From Nitrospirota bacterium (GTDB lineage: Bacteria; Nitrospirota; Nitrospiria; Nitrospirales; NS-4): a stretch of 64,000 nucleotides of DNA. The notes under the pieces were generated by a model that was not told where the DNA came from, did no database searches, and was given only the letters and a program-made list of their open reading frames with translations. Below, piece by piece: positions 32,255-43,342 of this stretch; the stretch's first letter is position 1, and each line of letters opens with the position of its first letter. The position numbers and the translations under genes are program-made. Location: positions 192,001 to 256,000 of the forward strand of contig CAWBGA010000013.1 of NCBI GenBank assembly GCA_963788195.1, written 5' to 3'.

Positions 32255-34217
32255 ATGGGAGGGATATTAAAGGCGCTGCGCTCGCCCCCTGTTGCGAGCT
32301 TTGTCGTGAGCAGCTTCGTCGCGCTCGCCGTCCTTGGGGTTCGCAATGCGGGGTATCTCGAGTCCTGGGAACTCAAGGCCTACGATTGGTTACTCCGTCT
32401 GCAACCCATCCCTCAGCCCCGTCCGGCCCCGGTCGTCCTCATTGCAATCACGGAACACGATGTCGAAGCCATGAAAAGCTGGCCCTTGACGGATGCGGTG
32501 CTGGCGGAAGCCCTGCAAAAACTCCTCCTACTCAGGCCACGCACCATCGGAGTCGACATCTACCGCAACTTCTCAGTGCCTCCGGGAGAAGGACAACTGA
32601 ACGAATGTCCTGACCCGCAACTCCGAAGTCATCATGGTGATGAAATTCGGGGAGACCCCGCAGGGAACTGTCGCGCCGCCTGCTGTGCTCGACGGGACAG
32701 AGCAAATTGGATTCAATGACCTCCTGGTCGATCAGGACGGAGTCGTGCGCCGCGGCCTCCTCTTCCTGGATGACGGCATCCACAGCTTCTATTCGTTCTC
32801 GCTCCGGTTGGCGTTGCAATACCTGCAAGCAGCCGGGATCAGGCCTCAACCTGATCCGGCGAAGCCGGAACACGTCCGGCTGGGCGGGGTGACCCTCACA
32901 CCGTTGGATACGAACGACGGCGGCTATGTGAACACCGACGCCCGGGGCTATCAAATCCTGCTCGACTATCAGGGCCTTCGGACGCAGATACCTACATACC
33001 CTTTGACTGCTTTGCTGGGTAACCAGATTCCTCCAGAGGCGATCCGAGACAAAATTGTGCTTATAGGGGTCACCGCGGTCAGCATTCCAGATCTGTTCCA
33101 TACCCCCTATAGCTCCGGAAGTGGTGTCGAGCAGCGGGATACATTTGGGGTTCTCATTCATGCCTACACTGTTGACCAGTTGTTGCGCGCCGGATTGCAG
33201 GGAGTCTCCCCGATCAGATCCCTCAGCGAATCGCAAGAAGCTCTGTGGATCGCAATGTGGGCTCTCGTCGGAGGTGGCATCGCGCTTCTTGGCCACTCGC
33301 TGTGGCGGTTTACCCTCATTACCATCAGCGGGCTGATCTTCCTGGGTATCATCGTGTATGCCGCCTTCACGAAGGGCTTTTGGATTCCCGCTGTCCCTCC
33401 CGCGCTCGCGTGGCTCGCCTCCACAGCACTGATTACCGCCTATCTTTCAAATCTTGAAAAGCGCGAACGTGCTGTGCTGATGCAACTGTTTTCTCGCCAT
33501 GTCTCTCCGGAGGTCGCTGAGACTATCTGGCGCCAGCGGGACCAATTTTGGGATGGAGGGAGGCCTCGGTCTCAGCAACTGATCGTCACGGTGCTGTTCA
33601 CCGATCTCGAAGGATTCACGCCCGTCGCGGAGAAACTGGACCCGCAGGGATTAATGGACTGGATGAACGAATACATCGAGACAATGGCGCAATTAGTCAT
33701 GAAGCACGGCGGCGTGGTGGATGACTACTATGGAGACGCGATCAAGGCCAACTTCGGCGTGCCCTTGCCGCGCGTATCTGAAGCCGAGATCAAACAGGAC
33801 GCGATGAACGCCGTCAGCTGTGCGCTGGCCATGGAAGCAGAGATGCGACGCCTGCATGCTATATGGAAGCAGCAGGGAATGCCGACGGCGCGGATGCGGA
33901 TTGGAATTTTTACAGGCCCGGCCGTAGCCGGCAGCCTGGGAAGCGCCCAACGGTTGAAGTACACCACTGTCGGCGATACGGTCAATATTGCCGCAAGGCT
34001 TGAAAGCTATGACAAGGATTCAGCAGATATTTTTGCCGCCAGCCCGTGCCGGATCCTTGTGGGCGAATCCACGGCACGATACTTGCGAGATCATTACCAT
34101 ATGACGAAGGTAGCGGTGGTGAGACTCAAGGGAAAGACCGAGCAAATTTCGGTGTATCAGGTTTTGGACGGAGCGACTCCACAAACGCTCGGCATTGGAC
34201 AGGAGGAACGCACATGA
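32255..34217 (+). CDS. CHASE2-domain class III nucleotide cyclase; frameshift near 32610
   Basis: WPL.D, IGVDIYR, DQDGVVRR, DKIVLIG, GVLIHA; 3 TM helices; VLFTDLEGFT, GDAI, GDTVNIAARLE. Confidence 0.9.
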
Positions 34218-34978
34218 CCCCGTGTAAGTTGGCAACAGCGCTGTTAATGGCGGGCTTAATCCTGGGAGTTCCATTCTCCGGATCAGGGGCGGACACCCCA
34301 CCAAAGAAACCTGACCAGGCAGGGGACGTCAGCAAAAAAATAACGTCAACGTCTCCGGTGCCGGTCTATAAGCCCCCGGTTCGTGGAGCGCCGGGCGGAC
34401 GTGTCGGAGGAGGTACCCGCGGTATCGGAGGTGCCCGCGCGATCGATCAAACGTTTGTTCTGTCGGTGGTCGCGCCGAATCATACGGGTCTGACCACCCA
34501 AGAACAGCCGGAGCTGTTCTGGTATCTCTCGAAAGCAATCTCCGCTCCGATGGAGTTCACCCTGATGGATGATACAGGCATCAAACCGCTGATCGAAGCG
34601 TCACTCGGCGTGCCGTCCCGGCCAGGCATTCAAAGAGTGCGACTTGCGGATTACGGTGTACGACTTGAGCAGGGGAAGCATTACGAATGGTTCGTCGCAT
34701 TGGTCGTTGATCCTGACAGACGCTCGAAAGACGTGTTGGCGGGAGGGGCTATTGAACGGGTCGAGCAGCCTAAGGACCAGCCGGGGCGGCCGACTTCAAT
34801 GTCGGATGCCGAACTGGCGAGGTTCTATGCCGAGCATGGAATTTGGTACGACGCCATTGCGGCGGTCTCGAATTTGATTGAGGCCACGCCTAACGACTCC
34901 ACTTTGAGAAAGCATCGCGCTGCTCTGTTGGATCAAGCAGGCCTGCAGGAGATTGCCGAGGCTGAGCTGCGGCCGTGA
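34214..34978 (+). CDS. DUF928 domain exported protein
   Basis: ATGA overlap and AGGAGG RBS; signal peptide; PP.RGAPGGRVGGGTRG, GLTTQEQP, GIWYDA. Confidence 0.88.
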   Translation: MTPCKLATALLMAGLILGVPFSGSGADTPPKKPDQAGDVSKKITSTSPVPVYKPPVRGAPGGRVGGGTRGIGGARAIDQTFVLSVVAPNHTGLTTQEQPELFWYLSKAISAPMEFTLMDDTGIKPLIEASLGVPSRPGIQRVRLADYGVRLEQGKHYEWFVALVVDPDRRSKDVLAGGAIERVEQPKDQPGRPTSMSDAELARFYAEHGIWYDAIAAVSNLIEATPNDSTLRKHRAALLDQAGLQEIAEAELRP

Positions 34979-34998
34979 ACTAGAAGGCTCAGCCGTAC

Positions 34999-35025
34999 CT
35001 GGGGAGCAGTTCGCCTGCTCCCCAG
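34999..35025 (+). terminator. Hairpin ending the TPS-CHAT operon
   Basis: CTGGGGAGCAG-TTCGC-CTGCTCCCCAG perfect 11-bp stem. Confidence 0.6.
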
Positions 35026-35216
35026 CCCAACATGTGATACGGTTGTATCCAAACAGATAAAGGTTCCCCCGAGAAAGTTTTTCAACTCGCTCAACTGTCT
35101 TTTCGCGAAAACTGAGTAAATGACACCCAGCTGCTGAAGGCCAGCGTCCACTTGCGTCGGGCCGTGGGCTTTCGTTAAGGTGAGCCTCCTTTTGAACATC
35201 GGCGGGGGGAGGTAGG

Positions 35217-35885
35217 ATGACCTTCAGCCAGCACCTGCGATCGATCGCTCAGGATGTCTGGATGGCGCAGCTCACGCATCCGTTTGTCGTCGCGCTCGGC
35301 AACGGCACCCTGCCGGAAAGAAAATTCAAGTACTACATCCTGCAAGACGGCCGCTTTCTAGCCGAGCTCGCGCGCGTGTTCGCAATTTCCGCAAAGAAAT
35401 CCCCGGACGCGGATTCGACGATACGGTTCGCACAACTGGTGGAGGAGACCCTCGCCGTGGAGCGCTCGCTGCACGAAAATTATGGAAAGCGATGGAAGCT
35501 CTCGCCGAAACAGATGGGTGGAGTGCCGATGGCGCCGACCAACTATGCCTATACTCGTCATATGCTTCACGTCGCAGAGAGCGGCTCCGTACTGGACGCC
35601 ACCGTCGTCGCGCTTCCCTGCGCCTGGATCTATTGCGTGGTCGGCCGGCATCTGTTGCGGAAAGGCATGCCGTCGAAATCTCACCCCTATCGGGATTGGC
35701 TGATGCTCTACGCCTCTCCGGAATTCGCGGAAGTGGGGCGGTGGATGCGGGAAAAGGTGGACGCCTGGGCGAAGTCATCGAGCAAGGCGGAGCGTGGCCG
35801 TCTGGAGGAAGCGTTCCTGATCAGCTCACGGTACGAATGGATGTTCTGGGAGATGGCATGGAACGAGGAGGCGTGGCCTGTCTAA
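35217..35885 (+). CDS. tenA: Thiaminase II (TenA)
   Basis: HPFV, YYILQD, PTNYAYTRH, ALPCAWIY, YEWMFWEMA. Confidence 0.92.
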   Translation: MTFSQHLRSIAQDVWMAQLTHPFVVALGNGTLPERKFKYYILQDGRFLAELARVFAISAKKSPDADSTIRFAQLVEETLAVERSLHENYGKRWKLSPKQMGGVPMAPTNYAYTRHMLHVAESGSVLDATVVALPCAWIYCVVGRHLLRKGMPSKSHPYRDWLMLYASPEFAEVGRWMREKVDAWAKSSSKAERGRLEEAFLISSRYEWMFWEMAWNEEAWPV

Positions 35886-35908
35886 GAAAGGTGTTGGAAA
35901 AGAAAGGT

Positions 35909-35984
35909 TGGTGGAGCTGGCCGGGATTGAACCGGCGACCTCCTGACTGCCAGTCAGGCGCGCTCCCAACTGCGCCACAGCCCC
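35909..35984 (-). tRNA. tRNA-Ala(GGC)
   Basis: 76-nt cloverleaf GGGGCTG...CCTGA-CTGGCAG-TCAGG...TTCAATC...CTCCACCA; G3:U70 pair. Confidence 0.97.
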
Positions 35985-36100
35985 AGCCGATCCGGATCAT
36001 AGCATCAGGGATAAGGGGAGTCAATTATCGAGGAAAAACATACTGGTAGCGCGGTATTTGTTGACAACAAAAAATGATCAGCCTAGACTTCCGGCGCTAG

Positions 36101-37474
<1,374 letters not shown>

Positions 37475-37546
37475 TCTTCCGCATTTCGCTGCGTGTCTCA
37501 TTGAAGGGCCATGCGCGCCCGTGCTAGAGTCTTTTTCCCGCAAGGT

Positions 37547-37622
37547 GAGCCGCTAGCTCAGTCGGTAGAGCATCGCCCTTTTAAGGCGAGGGCCCTGGGT
37601 TCGAGTCCCAGGCGGCTCACCA
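37547..37622 (+). tRNA. tRNA-Lys(TTT)
   Basis: 76-nt cloverleaf GAGCCGC...TCGCC-CTTTTAA-GGCGA...GGTTCGAGTCC...GCGGCTCACCA. Confidence 0.97.
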
Positions 37623-37823
37623 AATTATGTATTCGAGCCGAGAATCCTCCGATTCCGACTGCGCTTTATCGTGGTTACGCGCGCTGTTTCCTTTTCTTCA
37701 CACGATAGCCAGCCAAGTAAGTATGTGACGGCTGAGACGTGGACAGGAAGACCCCGGCTCCCCCGTTGCACCTCCTGACAAATCAGATAATATGATTTCA
37801 CGTATTTCAACGGAGATAACTCA

Positions 37824-38108
37824 ATGAGGAAAACCATCTCCGCGACAGAGGCAGTACGCAACTTTTCTGACCTCCTAAACACGATTCGATTCCGCGGTGA
37901 AAGTTACACGATCGAAAGAGGGGGGAAACCGGTGGCCTCGTTCGGACCCGCGGCGCCGCCTGTCAGGGTGGCACTGAAGGATCTGCCTGGACTCTTGAGA
38001 GATTTACCGTCGCTTGGCCCAGATGCCAAAAGCTTTGCACGCGATGTCAGACGCAGAATGCGAAAGGCACCCGGTCTTCCTAAACGGAGCGACCGCCCTC
38101 GCCCATGA
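37824..38108 (+). CDS. Phd/YefM-family antitoxin (C-terminus probably altered by deletion)
   Basis: ISATEAVRNFSDLLN..GESYTIERGGKPVA. Confidence 0.85.
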   Translation: MRKTISATEAVRNFSDLLNTIRFRGESYTIERGGKPVASFGPAAPPVRVALKDLPGLLRDLPSLGPDAKSFARDVRRRMRKAPGLPKRSDRPRP

Positions 38109-38181
38109 CGAGTCCGTCGCCACGTTCGACAAACGGGATTTCACGAAGATTCCCGGCCTGCGGGTCAACCTCATGCAATAA
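38086..38181 (+). pseudogene. vapC: C-terminal remnant of a VapC/PIN toxin
   Basis: Hand translation GATALAHDESVATFDKRDFTKIPGLRVNLMQ*; no start or N-terminal part. Confidence 0.75.
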
Positions 38182-38285
38182 AGTCCGGAACCGGAACCTT
38201 CGCATCTCTTGATCGCAGTATGCCTCGCGCCGGGGTCCTCGTAGGTGGCCAATTCCGCGGATTATCGGCAGTTCTGTCCTTGACC

Positions 38286-38301
38286 CTGTCAATTCTGACA
38301 G
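38286..38301. promoter_or_regulatory. Palindrome CTGTCA-ATTC-TGACAG (motif copy 1)
   Basis: Perfect inverted repeat about 130 bp upstream of the DUF3313 gene. Confidence 0.6.
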
Positions 38302-38428
38302 TTGCCACATTCTTTCGCCCGAATTACGATGTCCCTTAGTCTATTGACGGTTCTATACCAAACCGTGTATCGGCATGAAGAGAAGACTTGTTTTGGTTAA
38401 TTCAGGACTCAGAGGAGGAGGAGGGGAT

Positions 38429-39149
38429 ATGCGTAATGTCGCAGGTGTCATGGTGCTCTGTATTCTCATCGCAGCAAGTGGCTGTGCGTCCACCCAGGAG
38501 GCAAAGTCGGTGGAAAAATCCGGCTTCCTCGGAGACTATTCCATGCTGAAGGAGGGCCAGCGCAGCGCCTTCGACGGAGGGCCCGGGAGACACGGCCCTG
38601 TTGGTCTACAAGAATCCAAGCGCCGATTGGCGCAAATACAAAAAAATACAGCTCGATCCCGTGACCATATGGCTGGGTAAAAACTCTCAACTGAGCAAGG
38701 TCCCGGTGGAAGATCGCAAGCACATGGCCGATATACTGTGGAAGAAGCTCGACGAGAACCTCAGGAAGGATTACGAAATGACGAACGAGCTCGGTCCTGA
38801 CGTGATGCGGGTCCAGGTCGCCATCACCGAAGGGGAAAAATCCAATGTCGTATTGGACACGGTGTCGAGCGTCATTCCCCAAGCGCGTATGTTATCGGGC
38901 GCGAAGAGCCTGGCGACCGGGGTCTCGGCGTTCACCGGTAGTGCGGCTGGGGAGATGAAGGTCACCGATGGCGGCACCGGAGACCTCATTTTTGCTGCGG
39001 TAGACCGCCGGGGCGGAACCAAGAGCCTGAGCGGAGTGACCAACTCCTGGAATGATGTAGATGAGGCCTTTCGGTACTGGGCTGAGAAGATGCGATACCG
39101 CTTGTGCCAATGGCGGGGCGGCACCAACTGCATTCCGCCGAAGGCATAG
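38429..39149 (+). CDS. DUF3313 lipoprotein; frameshift near 38580
   Basis: Lipobox ASGC; SGFLGDYSML; AGEMKVTD..AAVDRRGG. Confidence 0.82.
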
Positions 39150-39458
39150 CGGTTCTGTGAAAGGAGCCTGATCGATAACAAAAGGACATCTGGAATAACA
39201 AGGGACTGATGGTTGAGAAGAGGCTGCCGCCTTTTCGAGTGGCGCTGATGATGCGGCGGGGGTCTGATTCATGAGTTCGGTGTCTCCAATAACGAGAGGA
39301 TGTCTGCGGACGCTTGCGCAAAATCGGCGCCGAATCCACTGACGCCATGGCGGATGCGCTCGTTCGCGGAATCTCGCAGCTCGGGCTATTGGCGCAGCGC
39401 GAGTCTTGTCTAAGAACATGCCGATGCCTCATCACGCCCTGGCGGTGAAGGGCGTTCC

Positions 39459-40358
39459 TTGACATGGACGAAGGCAATCGGTTGCGGATCTCAAATAACC
39501 TTGTGCGTCATGGGTGCGGCGCTCCTGTGCGGAACACCGGTCCAAGCGCAAGCGCCGCCGAGCGAGACTCCCGCGGCTGCGCCGAACGAGGCGCAGGAGC
39601 AGCTGCAGCTCAAGCCTCTACTGAGACCCCTTCGCACCCTGTTGGAGCTAGCTCTCTCGCAAAGGGCGATAGAGGCGGGGACGAGTGAGACCGTCTTCCG
39701 CGCTCGGATACAGCTTCGCTATGAGCATCGTGACCGCCGGGACAACGCCGTCCAGGACAAGATCGTCTTACGGATCGATCGCCCTCTCTTCGATGACCGA
39801 TTATATTTTCGGGTTGATGTCCCTTATGAGCAGTTCGATCCCCACAACTCTGAAGAGACGACCGGCAAGGGCTTGGGGGATGTGTTGATCCGGACAGGGG
39901 CTCTTCTGGTCCAGCAGCCGAAATTCTCCTTCTTCGCCGGAACAGACGTCATCTTTCCCACCGGATCACAGGAGGATGCTGGGCGAGGTAAATATCAGGT
40001 CGGGCCCGGCGTCGTGGCGGAGGTGCCGATTCCTGAAATCAACACCCTTATCTCTCCCCTCGTCCAGCACTTTCAATCCGTGGGGGGCGATCCCAGCAGG
40101 CGCAACGTGAACTACACCAAGTTCCGCCCCAAAGTGAATACGATCTGGGAGGAGCAGTGGTGGACCAGCCTCGAGCCTTCGTGGATCGTGGACTGGACCA
40201 GGAGCAACAAGACGGCGCTCAATCTGGAATTCGAAGTGGGCCGTAAGCTGGGGAAGCACTATCGTATGTGGGTAAGGCCGGGCATCGGACTTTGGGGAGA
40301 TACCGTCATCGGCTCATATGACTGGCAGTTTGAGGTCGGCATGCGGTATATGTTTTGA
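39459..40358 (+). CDS. Outer-membrane beta-barrel protein (MetA-pathway/transporter-like)
   Basis: Signal peptide (VQA); GLGDV, FPTG, GKYQVGPG; C-terminal MRYMF. Confidence 0.65.
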   Translation: MTWTKAIGCGSQITLCVMGAALLCGTPVQAQAPPSETPAAAPNEAQEQLQLKPLLRPLRTLLELALSQRAIEAGTSETVFRARIQLRYEHRDRRDNAVQDKIVLRIDRPLFDDRLYFRVDVPYEQFDPHNSEETTGKGLGDVLIRTGALLVQQPKFSFFAGTDVIFPTGSQEDAGRGKYQVGPGVVAEVPIPEINTLISPLVQHFQSVGGDPSRRNVNYTKFRPKVNTIWEEQWWTSLEPSWIVDWTRSNKTALNLEFEVGRKLGKHYRMWVRPGIGLWGDTVIGSYDWQFEVGMRYMF

Positions 40359-40555
40359 TCCGCCCGGAGCCGGGGGGACATGCGCATTTCCTTTCCAATT
40401 GGTCCCATTATGATTAAGGTGTTGCCTTGCCCCTTGGGATGCTAACCGGTTCAAAGTTGATTATTGATCTATTTTCACCTCTGCTCGCGCTCTAAATCTT
40501 TCTCCCTTCGCGCTCCCGGAACGCCCTTATGCGTCAAAATCGGCCCCTTTCGCCC

Positions 40556-40571
40556 CTGATACTTTTGACAG
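40556..40571. promoter_or_regulatory. CTGATA-CTTT-TGACAG (motif copy 2)
   Basis: Degenerate copy about 77 bp upstream of the cupredoxin gene. Confidence 0.5.
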
Positions 40572-40647
40572 TATGAGCCAGGTAGCGGTTGGGATAAAGT
40601 CCTCGCGAAATCGAAGCGGACGGCAACAATTTCACAGGGAGGTCTGT

Positions 40648-41049
40648 ATGAAAGCAATCATTGGTGTTGGGATTCTAATGCTTCTGTTGAACGGAGGACT
40701 CCCGGTTTCTGCGGCGGACCCGGACATGCCGGGCGGTGAACCGAAGGACTTCCGAGTCGCAATCCTCAGCATCGATCCGGTCAGCTTTTACGCTCCTTCT
40801 GCGATCATTCTCGACGAGAGAGGGAGATTGAACCCGCTGGTCCTGATCGTCACCAACAACACGCAGAAAGAGCATGGGTTCGCGATGGACCCGGTCAAGA
40901 TCAAGGAAGTCTTGAAACCCGGCGAGAGCAAGACGTTTAAGCTATCGCAGACGGACTTGGATGCCCTCGGGACTGATCGGAGCAGCTTTAAGTATTACTG
41001 CCACCTTCACCCCGCACACATTGGCGGGCAGATCTATATCAAGCGTTAA
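40648..41049 (+). CDS. Exported cupredoxin, nitrosocyanin-like
   Basis: GGGAGG RBS; signal peptide; EHGFAMD, EVLKPGESKT, YYCHLHPAHIGG. Confidence 0.78.
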   Translation: MKAIIGVGILMLLLNGGLPVSAADPDMPGGEPKDFRVAILSIDPVSFYAPSAIILDERGRLNPLVLIVTNNTQKEHGFAMDPVKIKEVLKPGESKTFKLSQTDLDALGTDRSSFKYYCHLHPAHIGGQIYIKR

Positions 41050-41309
41050 GCGACAACCAGCAAGGCGGGAAGGGCAGAGCACCGCCCATCCCGCCTGTCG
41101 TATGCGCCACGCCCGCGCGCATGTCCGCGCCCTTGGACGCCCGCATTATCGCGGAGGCGACCGTCAAAACTTTTCCCCCGGGTGGTTTCTATCAACCCCG
41201 CCTGTCATCGCGGTGGACTGGGAAACGCCCAGGGGTCACGAAAAAGCAGTTGTGGGTCACCGGCATTTCTGTTAGTAAGCGCCTGGACCTCAGAAAGGAG
41301 GCTGGCGGC

Positions 41310-42717
41310 ATGGGACAGCTCACTCAACCTATGCGCTGGGTATGGCCACTGGCGCTCAGTCTTGTCGTGTTGCTTCCGCCGGTCGCGCAGGCGCAGCCGG
41401 TGGACGTTCCCCCCACGTGGGGCGGCGATCTCTCGTCCCGTCCCCGGCTCACCGGCAGCTGGGGCGGATTGCGAGACGAGCTCGGGAAGAAGGGCGTCGT
41501 CCTCGACGTGGATGTGCTTGGGACCCCGCAGGGCGTCGTGAGCGGAGGGCGGGACACCGGCGTGGACATCTGGGGTTCGAGCGAGTATACCCTCCATGTG
41601 GATACGCAGAAGCTGGGTCTCTGGCCGGGCGGCTTCCTCAAGGTTTACGGCATGAGCAGCTTCGGGCACAGCGTGAACCCCCGGATCGGCTCCATCGCCG
41701 GTGAACACTGCCACCTTGGTGCCCGCGATCAACGACCCTACCTCCTCGCTCATGAGCGCGACGTTCACGCAGTTCCTCAGCCCTAAGTTCGGCCTGTTTG
41801 TGGGCAAGGTCTATACACTCAATTTAATGGAGGGCGAGTTCACGGGCGACTACCATACCCAGTTTATGAACTCGGGGTTCGTCTTCCCTAGCACCATGGG
41901 GCTGGTGCCGATTGCGGCATACGGCGGAGGCGTGGTCGCTCTTCCGTGGGAGGGCGTCGTTCTGTCGGCCATGGTGCTCGACCCGAACGGCACGCCGACG
42001 AACAACGACTTGAACAAGCTGTTCAATGACGGCGTGACGGTCCTGAGCAATGGCCAGGTGACCATCAAGCCCTTCGGGCTCGTCGGCCACCAGAACCTTG
42101 GTTTCATGTGGAGCAACAAGGACCGCCTGTCGCTTCAGCAGGATCCCTCCAACCTCGCCCGGCTTGCCCTCGACGAGCGGTTCCCCCGCCTGGGGGATCC
42201 CGGCCCGGTGCTCAGACAAATCCTGGAGAAGTTCTTCCCGGCTCTGCTCGTTCCCACCCAGCCTGCCAACCGCGTGGATAACGCCTGGGCCGTGTTCTAC
42301 AGTTTCGACCAGTTTCTCTGGAACCCTGGGGGCGATCCGAAGCGCGGAATCGGGCCATTTTTCCAGTTCAGCATCACCGACGGCGTAGCGAACCCGGTCA
42401 AGTACTTTTATAGCGTGGGGATCGGCGGCAAAGGGGTGGTGCCGGGGCGCCCACGGGATTCTTTCGGGATCGGCTGGGCGCGCACGGAGTTCAGCAACAA
42501 CTTCGTACCGTTCCTGCGCCAGCAGCTCGGCCTGGGCCTCGACCGGGAGGACGCCGTAGAGATGTACTACAATGCCTCGATCACCCGCTGGCTCAACGCG
42601 AGCCTGGACCTCCAGATCATCGACACCGGCCTCACGAAGACGCTCGATTCGTCCAACCAGCTCCAGAACGTGGACACGGCGGTCGTGGTAGGGTTCCGGC
42701 TGTACATGCGGTTGTAG
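41310..42717 (+). CDS. OprB-family carbohydrate-selective porin; frameshift near 41700
   Basis: LTGSWGGLRDEL, LGLWPGG, RPRDSFGIGW, EMYYN, DLQII. Confidence 0.85.
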
Positions 42718-42742
42718 CGAGTGACCCTTTCCGGGGGATCTG

Positions 42743-43165
42743 ATGAAACGACCCATTAGCCTGACCCTCATCGCGTTTGCGGGTCTCTTTCAGGGTATGT
42801 GGGGTGTCCTTCGAGCGTTAGATTGGTTCCAGTCTGCCCGCGATGTGAGTGCACAGGGCGGGATCCTCGTTCTTCCGCTGGTGAGTGCCTTCGTGTTTGC
42901 GGGAGGAGTGCTTATCGTCATCATCGCTCTTCTATACTTCCTATTTGCTTGGGGAGCGCTCACTGGCCGAGGTTGGGTATGGGGGGTCGGACTCGCTGCA
43001 ACCGTGTTGAACTTGCTGATCGTCCTGCGGTTCGTGCTTCAAGAAGAGGAGCCGTTGGTGCCGGCATTGCTCTCGGCACTGATCCCCATAGTGCTCCTCT
43101 GCTACTTGATCGCCCCGGTCGGGCGTCGGGCATTCAACACACTGCCTATCGCGGAGCGCATGTAA
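42743..43165 (+). CDS. Hypothetical 4-TM membrane protein
   Basis: Four hydrophobic segments. Confidence 0.7.
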   Translation: MKRPISLTLIAFAGLFQGMWGVLRALDWFQSARDVSAQGGILVLPLVSAFVFAGGVLIVIIALLYFLFAWGALTGRGWVWGVGLAATVLNLLIVLRFVLQEEEPLVPALLSALIPIVLLCYLIAPVGRRAFNTLPIAERM

Positions 43166-43178
43166 TACATCAAGCTCT

Positions 43179-43194
43179 CTGACATATTTGACAG
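43179..43194. promoter_or_regulatory. CTGACA-TATT-TGACAG (motif copy 3)
   Basis: One-mismatch copy about 150 bp upstream of cydA. Confidence 0.55.
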
Positions 43195-43342
43195 TGGCGC
43201 GACGTTGACCACTGCGCTTAAATTCGTCGTGTGAAGTAGGCAATGTGCTCAGACCGCTCTTCGTGAATCTCAAGCAGCGGGCCATGGAGGCCGAAGCGAC
43301 CCGGCGTGGTTGAAGCGCAACACTAGCGACTGGAAGGCTGCT

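Noticed and set aside
35030..35216. TPP riboswitch upstream of tenA
   Set aside because: CTGAG..ACACCC is present but the conserved ACCTGAT and AGCGTAGGGA elements are not
43195..43215. Sigma-54 promoter upstream of cydA
   Set aside because: TGGCGCG-ACG-TTGA is one base short of the required spacing and lacks the -12 GC
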